From Chthoniobacterales bacterium (lineage in GTDB: Bacteria > Verrucomicrobiota > Verrucomicrobiia > Chthoniobacterales > Chthoniobacteraceae): a stretch of DNA of 22,020 nt. Positions 16,376 to 22,020 of this stretch are shown one piece after another. The stretch lies in assembly GCA_038207335.1 (NCBI GenBank), contig JBBQZX010000042.1:1-22020 (forward strand), written 5' to 3'. The stretch's first letter is position 1. Each line of letters begins with the position of its first letter. Position numbers and translations under genes: made by a program. Under the pieces are notes generated by a model. It had not been told where the DNA came from, did no database searches, and was given only the letters and a program-made list of their open reading frames with translations.

Positions 16376-17878
16376 ATGAGCGACAAGCACGACGCGGAAA
16401 TCCTGGAGAAACTCTCCAGTGGCATCGAGGGCTTCGACGACATCACCGCGGGCGGATTGCCACTCGGGCGCACTACGCTGCTCATGGGCGGTCCCGGCTC
16501 GGGCAAGACGGTCTTTGCGCTCCAGGTGCTGGTCAGCGGCGCGCTGCACCGGGGCGCGCCGGGCATCTTTGTCGCGTTCGAGGAAAATGTGCGCAGCGTC
16601 TCGGCCAATGCGGAATCGTTCGGCTGGGACGTGCGCGCGCTGGAGGAGAAAAAGCAGCTTTTTTTCCTAGATGCCGGGATGCGTTCCGACGTGGTGAAAG
16701 CCGGCGCCTTTGACCTCTCCGGGCTGCTCGCCGGGCTGGAGGCGAAGGCTCGGGAGATGGGCGCGAAGATCATCGTCTTCGATGCCATCGACGTGCTGCT
16801 CAGTCTGCTCGACGATCCGGCGGCGGAGTGCCGCGAGCTTTACCGGCTCCACGAATGGCTCAGCAAAAACGAGCTGACTGGCATTATCACCACGAAGGTG
16901 GAGGGAGACTCGCCGGGCACGGCGCAGCGCTACGGCTTCATGCCCTTCATGGCGGATTGCGCGGTGCTGCTCTCCCAGCGGGTGGTGGATCGCGTGGCGG
17001 TGCGGGCCATGCGCGTGCTGAAATACCGCGGCTCGCCGCACGTCCTCAATGAAGTGCCCTTCGTCATCGGCCCCGCCGGCATGGATGTCGGCTCCTCGAA
17101 TGGCGTCCACCCCGAGCCGCAGCCTTTCAAGGAGCGCGTCTCCACTGGTATCGAGCGCCTCGATGAAATGATCGGCGGCGGCTTTTACCGCGGCACCAAT
17201 GCCCTGCTCACCGGCAGCTCGGGCGCGGGCAAATCGACGATCGCCGGGGCCTTCATCGCCGCCGCCTGCCAGCGCGGCGAGCGAGCGCTTTTTATCTCCT
17301 TCGACGAAAACTCGCGCGACATCGTGCGCGACCTCTCCACCATGAGCATCGACCTCGCGCCGCATCTCGCGAGCGGCCTGCTTCGGATGGAGGCGATGCG
17401 CTCGGAGTCGGCATCCTCGGAGGAGCACTTCATGCGGATGAAGCACGTCATTGCCGAGCAGGAGCCGCGCTGCGTGGTCATCGACCCGCTCTCGGCGCTC
17501 GCCCGCGTGGGCGGCGGGCTCGCCGCGCGCGCCGTCGCCGAGCGGCTCATTTACCTGTGCCGGAATGCGGGCATCACCGTGCTCTTCACCAGCCTGCTCG
17601 AGGGCGTGGACCCGCATTTGGAAACGACGAATCTGCACGTTTCGACGATCTCGGATTCGTGGATTCAGATCTCCTATGCGCTGCTCGACGGGGAGCGCAA
17701 CCGCGCGCTCTCGATCATCAAATCGCGCGGCTCGCCGCACTCGAATCAACTGCGCGAGCTGAAATTCGGCCCCGCGGGGGTGACGCTTGCCGATCCCTAC
17801 ACGGCGGGCGGCGAGGTGCTCATGGGCACGATGCGGATGGAAAAGGAAACCGCCAACGGAGCGAAGACTTCAGCATGA
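16376..17878 (+). CDS. kaiC: KaiC-family double-domain RecA-like ATPase
   Basis: Two Walker A motifs (GGPGSGKT, GSSGAGKS); FEE/FDE catalytic acids; KYRGSPH and KSRGSPH; HVSTISD carries the ST pair equivalent to S431/T432; GGGGAG upstream of the ATG. Confidence 0.93.
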   Translation: MSDKHDAEILEKLSSGIEGFDDITAGGLPLGRTTLLMGGPGSGKTVFALQVLVSGALHRGAPGIFVAFEENVRSVSANAESFGWDVRALEEKKQLFFLDAGMRSDVVKAGAFDLSGLLAGLEAKAREMGAKIIVFDAIDVLLSLLDDPAAECRELYRLHEWLSKNELTGIITTKVEGDSPGTAQRYGFMPFMADCAVLLSQRVVDRVAVRAMRVLKYRGSPHVLNEVPFVIGPAGMDVGSSNGVHPEPQPFKERVSTGIERLDEMIGGGFYRGTNALLTGSSGAGKSTIAGAFIAAACQRGERALFISFDENSRDIVRDLSTMSIDLAPHLASGLLRMEAMRSESASSEEHFMRMKHVIAEQEPRCVVIDPLSALARVGGGLAARAVAERLIYLCRNAGITVLFTSLLEGVDPHLETTNLHVSTISDSWIQISYALLDGERNRALSIIKSRGSPHSNQLRELKFGPAGVTLADPYTAGGEVLMGTMRMEKETANGAKTSA

Positions 17879-18174
17879 GCGATCATGCGAACGGCGCGCA
17901 CGTTTTCCAGCTCTACGTGGCCGGCGGAGCGCCCAACTCCGTGCGCGCGCTGGCGAATCTCTACGCGCTCTGCCGCACGCACTTTCCCGAGAGCCACCGC
18001 ATCGAGGTCATCGACGTCTTGCAGGAACCGCTGCGCGCCTTGGGCGAGGCAATCCTCGTCACGCCGACGCTGGTGAAAGTCTCCCCCGCTCCCACCCTGC
18101 ATATCATCGGCAACCTCAGCGACGAGGAGGAAGTCCTCCGCGCGCTCGGACTGCCTCAAAATAAAACCGCATGA
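17875..18174 (+). CDS. kaiB: KaiB-family protein (99 aa)
   Basis: FQLYVAGGAPNSVRALANL..IEVIDV..P..A....ILVTPTLVKVSPAP...IIGNLSD; ATGA overlaps with kaiC and with the kinase. It is the C-terminal part of the 17557..18174 track ORF. Confidence 0.93.
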   Translation: MSDHANGAHVFQLYVAGGAPNSVRALANLYALCRTHFPESHRIEVIDVLQEPLRALGEAILVTPTLVKVSPAPTLHIIGNLSDEEEVLRALGLPQNKTA

Positions 18175-19520
18175 CTTCTGCACATCGCGCCGATCCATCC
18201 CATGTTCCCACAGGATCGGAGAAGGCCATTACGCTCGCGCTGACTCTCGCCCAAGCGGAGAAAGCGATTCACGATTTCACCGCGGGACAGGTGGATGCGA
18301 TCATCGATCCCGACGGCCACGCCCATCTTCTACGCCCGGCGCAGGAATCCTTGCGGCAAAGCGAAAGGAGGTTGCGCGAGATCATCGACCGCGCCGCCGA
18401 TGTCATCACGGTCGTGAACCGCAGCGGCACGATCCTTTCGCAAAGCCGCGCGGTGCTCAGCGTGCTCGGCTATCAGCCCGATGAATTAGTGGGGAGCAGC
18501 ATCTTTGACTTCCTTCACGGAGACGATCTGGATCGGCTCTACACCGCATTCTTCAACGTCATCGAGGGATTCGAGGAGAGCGCCACGGCGCTGTTTTATC
18601 ATCGGATGCGGAATGGCTCCTTTCGGCTGATCGAGGCGACGGTGAGCCTGCTGAGCGGAGATTCCCCGGCGAGCGTCGTCATCATTCTGCGGCCCATCGC
18701 GAGCCCCCGGCCGCTGCCCGCCGAACCGCCGCCGCCGGAGATTGTTCCCAAGGATGCCTCGCATGCCAAAGACCGTTTCCTCTCGATGCTTTCGCACGAA
18801 CTGCGCACGCCGCTCACGCCCATCCAACTCGGAGTCCAGGATCTGCAGGAAGACGAACGCTTCATCGAAGCGCGCCCGACGCTGGCGATGATCCGGCGCA
18901 ACGTGGAGGTGCAATCGCGGCTGCTCGAGGAGCTGACCGATTTCACCTCCGTGGGAGAGCACAAGGTGCGGCTGCACCTCGAAGCTCTGGATGTCCACGA
19001 AGCGATCCGCTTCGTGCTGGAAATCTGCCGGAGCGAGCTCTCCGCCGGGCGGATCGAGGCGATTCTCTTCCTCGGAGCCTCGCCTGGAATCGTCGTGGCG
19101 GATTCGGTGCGGCTCCAGCAGGTGATGTGGAATCTGGTCAAGAACGCCGCCAAGTTTTCGGAGGCCGGCAGCAGCATCGCCATCGCCACGACCGACAGCC
19201 CGCCGGGTCATTTGACGATCGAATTCGCCGACCACGGGATCGGCATCGAGCCCGCGCTCCTGCCCATGATCTTCGATGCCTTCCAACAGGGCAGCGTCGC
19301 GGAGCAGCGCGCCAGGGGCGGTCTCGGCCTTGGTCTTTTCATCGCCAGGGGCCTGACCGAAGCCCAAGGCGGGACGCTCACCGCACAGAGCGCAGGACGC
19401 GGCAAAGGCTCGAAGTTTCTCGTCACCTTACCGATCGCCCCCTCGGACCACGCCGTTCCAGCCACCCAGACCGATGCGCGGTTATTCCCTCCCCCGAGTT
19501 CCACGCCGCCTCGCTCATAG
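18171..19520 (+). CDS. PAS-domain sensor histidine kinase (cytoplasmic, no receiver domain)
   Basis: PAS (VLGYQPDELVG..FLHGDD), H box LSHELRTPL, N box WNLVKNAAKF, G1 DHGIGI, G2 GLGLGL; no TM helix apparent. Confidence 0.93.
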   Translation: MTSAHRADPSHVPTGSEKAITLALTLAQAEKAIHDFTAGQVDAIIDPDGHAHLLRPAQESLRQSERRLREIIDRAADVITVVNRSGTILSQSRAVLSVLGYQPDELVGSSIFDFLHGDDLDRLYTAFFNVIEGFEESATALFYHRMRNGSFRLIEATVSLLSGDSPASVVIILRPIASPRPLPAEPPPPEIVPKDASHAKDRFLSMLSHELRTPLTPIQLGVQDLQEDERFIEARPTLAMIRRNVEVQSRLLEELTDFTSVGEHKVRLHLEALDVHEAIRFVLEICRSELSAGRIEAILFLGASPGIVVADSVRLQQVMWNLVKNAAKFSEAGSSIAIATTDSPPGHLTIEFADHGIGIEPALLPMIFDAFQQGSVAEQRARGGLGLGLFIARGLTEAQGGTLTAQSAGRGKGSKFLVTLPIAPSDHAVPATQTDARLFPPPSSTPPRS

Positions 19521-19544
19521 TCGCGACCAATCAGGAATGAAGTA

Positions 19545-20471
19545 ATGGCCGAAACTCTCGCGAAACAGCACGCCGGTAATACCGCCAAATCCGGTCAGCA
19601 CACACTCGAAGTGCTCTCCGAGTCGCAGGTGTATCGCGACTACAAGCGTGCTTTCACGCAAGGCACGGGGCTGCCTCTGCGGCTGCAAGGGTCCACTCTT
19701 CTCAATGCCGTCCACTACCCGAAAAAGCAGGAAAATCCATTTTGCGCCATGATGTCGAAGACGGACGCGGGCTGCGCGCAGTGCTACAAGTTGCAATGCG
19801 CGGTGGAGGCAGCGGCGCAGCTTGAACCGAAGACACTCAAGTGCTTCGCCGGGATGTGCGAGACGGCTGTGCCCGTGCGGGTCGGGGCAAACGTGATCGC
19901 GTTTCTTCATACTGGGCAGGTCTTGTTGCAGCGTCCCGACAAAGCGCAATTCAAGCGAATTGCCGCCACCCTTCTCAAATGGGGCGCGGAGGTGGATTTG
20001 AAGAAACTCGAGGAGCACTACTTCAACACGCGTGTCCTCACCCCGAAGCAATATGAGGCGCTCATCCGGCTCCTCGAGATTTTCGCGCGCCATCTCGCCG
20101 AGTGCGGCAATGCGCTCGCCCTCCACGGCACGAGCGGCGAGACACCGGCCATCGAACAAGCGCGGAGCTACATCCGGGATCACTCCGACGATGAGCTATC
20201 GCTGGCCGCCGTGGCACAAACGGTGAACATGAGTGCGGCCTATTTCAGCGCCAAGTTCAAGGAGATGGCGGGGATCAACTTCGTCGATTACGTCGCCCGC
20301 ACGCGCGTCGAGAAGGCGCGCAATCTCTTGCTCGATCCGACCCGGCGCGTGAGCGAAATCGCGTTCGACGTCGGCTTCCAGTCGCTCTCCCAGTTCAACC
20401 GCGCGTTTAAGAAAGTCGCCGGCCAATCGCCTCGGGATTATCGCGCGAAGCTGCCGTTGGCCGAGGCTTGA
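19545..20471 (+). CDS. AraC-family regulator with N-terminal PocR-like ligand-binding domain
   Basis: AFTQGTGLPL, NPFC..C..C, CFAGMCETAVPV..FLHTGQV (PocR-like); C-terminal AraC HTH (RVSEIAFDVGFQSLSQFNRAFKKVAGQSPRDYR). Confidence 0.9.
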   Translation: MAETLAKQHAGNTAKSGQHTLEVLSESQVYRDYKRAFTQGTGLPLRLQGSTLLNAVHYPKKQENPFCAMMSKTDAGCAQCYKLQCAVEAAAQLEPKTLKCFAGMCETAVPVRVGANVIAFLHTGQVLLQRPDKAQFKRIAATLLKWGAEVDLKKLEEHYFNTRVLTPKQYEALIRLLEIFARHLAECGNALALHGTSGETPAIEQARSYIRDHSDDELSLAAVAQTVNMSAAYFSAKFKEMAGINFVDYVARTRVEKARNLLLDPTRRVSEIAFDVGFQSLSQFNRAFKKVAGQSPRDYRAKLPLAEA

Positions 20472-20668
20472 ACAAGGGCGGCCGGAGCGTCGGTGACGTT
20501 TGGAGGTGCGGGCGAGCGCTACGCCATCCCAAGAAATGCGCAGTCTTTCCGGGCGGATGCGTAGCCGAATTCCCGACGCTCCCGGACGTTGGAGTTGCGA
20601 GTTTGGAAAACCCTGCGCCGCGGCCGAAGTCGAACGCGCGCGCTCCAGGCACCCACAAACCTTTGAAC

Positions 20669-20815
20669 ATGATCAACGAACAAACGACCCACCTTCTGGC
20701 CTGCCTGGAGATTGGATTCCGCACGGACGGCGCGCACTTGCAGGCGTTGGAGGAGGAATTGATCTCGACGCTTCAGTGCACCCGAACTCTCGAAAACGTG
20801 GGTGAGCGGGCCTGA
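20669..20815 (+). CDS. Small hypothetical ORF (48 aa) or truncated gene remnant
   Basis: ATG preceded by an A/C-rich leader (ACCCACAAACCTTTGAAC); MINEQTTHLLACLEIGFRT...; stops 4 bp before the ackA ATG. Confidence 0.35.
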   Translation: MINEQTTHLLACLEIGFRTDGAHLQALEEELISTLQCTRTLENVGERA

Positions 20816-20819
20816 TCTT

Positions 20820-22010
20820 ATGAAATCCGCGACACCCTGCGTCCTGACGATCAACAGCGGTTCTTCGAGCATCCGCTTCGCTATCTTTGAGGCCGGAAAA
20901 AAGCCGCGGCTGCAACTGGCGGGGAAGATGGATCGCATCGGATTGAACGGAACGAGACTGGCGATCTTCGAGCCGGCTGGCGCGTCGTCTTCGGAAGTGG
21001 CCGCTGGCAAGAGCCCGGTGCAGTTCCTGGTGGATTGGCTCGAAACGCATCCGGTCTTTGCTTCGATCAAAGCTGTCGGCCATCGGGTCGTACATGGCAT
21101 GAAGCACGCCGAGCCGGAGCGGATCACGGGAAAGCTGCTCGCCGAACTGCGCCGGATCACCCCGTATGATCCCGATCATCTGCCGCGCGAAATCGAGATG
21201 ATCGAGGCCGTTCGCCGGCGGCATCCCAAGCTCCCGCAGGTCGCCTGTTTTGATACCGCCTTTCATCGCACGATGCCGCGAGTGGCGAAGCTCGTGCCGG
21301 TCCCGCGACGATATGAAGCCAAGGGCGTGGAGCGTTACGGCTTCCACGGCCTGTCCTACGCGTACCTGATGGAGGAGCTTCGCCAGGTCGATCCCGCCGC
21401 GGCGAAGGGCCGGGTAATCCTCGCGCATCTCGGCAACGGCGCCAGCCTCGCCGCAGTGCAGAACGGCAAGAGCATCGATACCAGCATGGGTTTTACCCCT
21501 GCCTCCGGGCTGATGATGAGCACGCGCTCGGGCGACCTGGATCCTGGATTGGTCAGCTTTCTCGCGAGGTCTGGGAAAATGTCCGCGTCGCAATTTGACC
21601 ACATGGCCAATCATAAGTCAGGGCTGCTCGGCGTTTCGGAAACCAGCTCCGATCTCCGGGATTTGCTGGCGAGCGAAGCTACGGATGTCCGCGCAGCGGA
21701 AGCTGTGGCGTTGTTCTGTTATCAGGCAAAGAAGTGGATCGGTTCCTTCGCCGCGGCGTTGGGTGGATTGGACACTTTGGTCTTCGCCGGAGGCATCGGT
21801 GAGAACGCACCGCTGATCCGGAAACGCATCTGCGAAAGGCTCGAATTCCTCGGGGTGAAAATCGACGCGAAGCGCAACGCCGCGCACGCGCCGCTAATCT
21901 CGCCTGACGCCGGAGGCGTGAAGGTCCGCGTCATCCGCACGAATGAAGAACTCATGATCGCCCGATCCGTCGTCCGGCTCCTGAACCTCGGCTCCAGCCG
22001 GAAACATTAG
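20820..22010 (+). CDS. ackA: Acetate/propionate kinase
   Basis: INSGSSS, GHRVVHG, FDTAFH, RYGFHGLSY, HLGNGAS, DTSMGFTP, TRSGDLDP, GGIGEN, TNEELMIA. Confidence 0.95.
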   Translation: MKSATPCVLTINSGSSSIRFAIFEAGKKPRLQLAGKMDRIGLNGTRLAIFEPAGASSSEVAAGKSPVQFLVDWLETHPVFASIKAVGHRVVHGMKHAEPERITGKLLAELRRITPYDPDHLPREIEMIEAVRRRHPKLPQVACFDTAFHRTMPRVAKLVPVPRRYEAKGVERYGFHGLSYAYLMEELRQVDPAAAKGRVILAHLGNGASLAAVQNGKSIDTSMGFTPASGLMMSTRSGDLDPGLVSFLARSGKMSASQFDHMANHKSGLLGVSETSSDLRDLLASEATDVRAAEAVALFCYQAKKWIGSFAAALGGLDTLVFAGGIGENAPLIRKRICERLEFLGVKIDAKRNAAHAPLISPDAGGVKVRVIRTNEELMIARSVVRLLNLGSSRKH

Positions 22011-22020
22011 ACTATGCAAA

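Noticed and set aside
14964..16379. 471-aa + strand ORF
   Set aside because: Mostly antisense to the clear LysR gene. Only its last 53 codons are kept as a low-interest candidate.
16376..18174. Self-sustained circadian clock
   Set aside because: No kaiA in the window, and KaiB looks biased to the fold-switched state; sequence alone cannot support oscillation.
22014..22020. ATG 3 bp after ackA, possibly the next operon gene (phosphoketolase often follows this type of ackA)
   Set aside because: Only 7 bases are visible, so it cannot be identified.
1..22020. tRNA, rRNA, CRISPR array, integron integrase or intact transposase
   Set aside because: None recognisable by eye in the window.

Overview
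GC-rich bacterial chromosomal window, probably PVC superphylum and most likely Verrucomicrobia (inferred from the PVC-type heme-binding dehydrogenase and DUF3500). Almost all genes are on the + strand. In order: a probable IS end; a secreted alginate-lyase-family gene with integron-cassette-like boundaries; a 1430-aa DUF1080/PVC dehydrogenase/cytochrome c protein; a three-gene block (cNMP-domain thioredoxin-reductase-like protein without CxxC, J1-crystallin/SelJ-like ADP-ribosylglycohydrolase, 2Fe-2S ferredoxin-class III nucleotide cyclase); a Tat-exported DUF3500 protein; an EmrAB-type efflux pair; a frameshifted phage terminase C-terminal fragment coupled to an M15 peptidase; a LysR regulator divergent from kaiC-kaiB-PAS histidine kinase (no kaiA in the window); a PocR-AraC regulator; a structured intergenic region; and acetate kinase. 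No tRNA, rRNA or CRISPR array was seen. The best leads are the redox/cNMP/ADP-ribose block, the cassette-like lyase gene, the hidden terminase pseudogene, and twin LysR boxes around a G11 tract upstream of kaiC. All family assignments are by-eye motif recognition; no searches were run.
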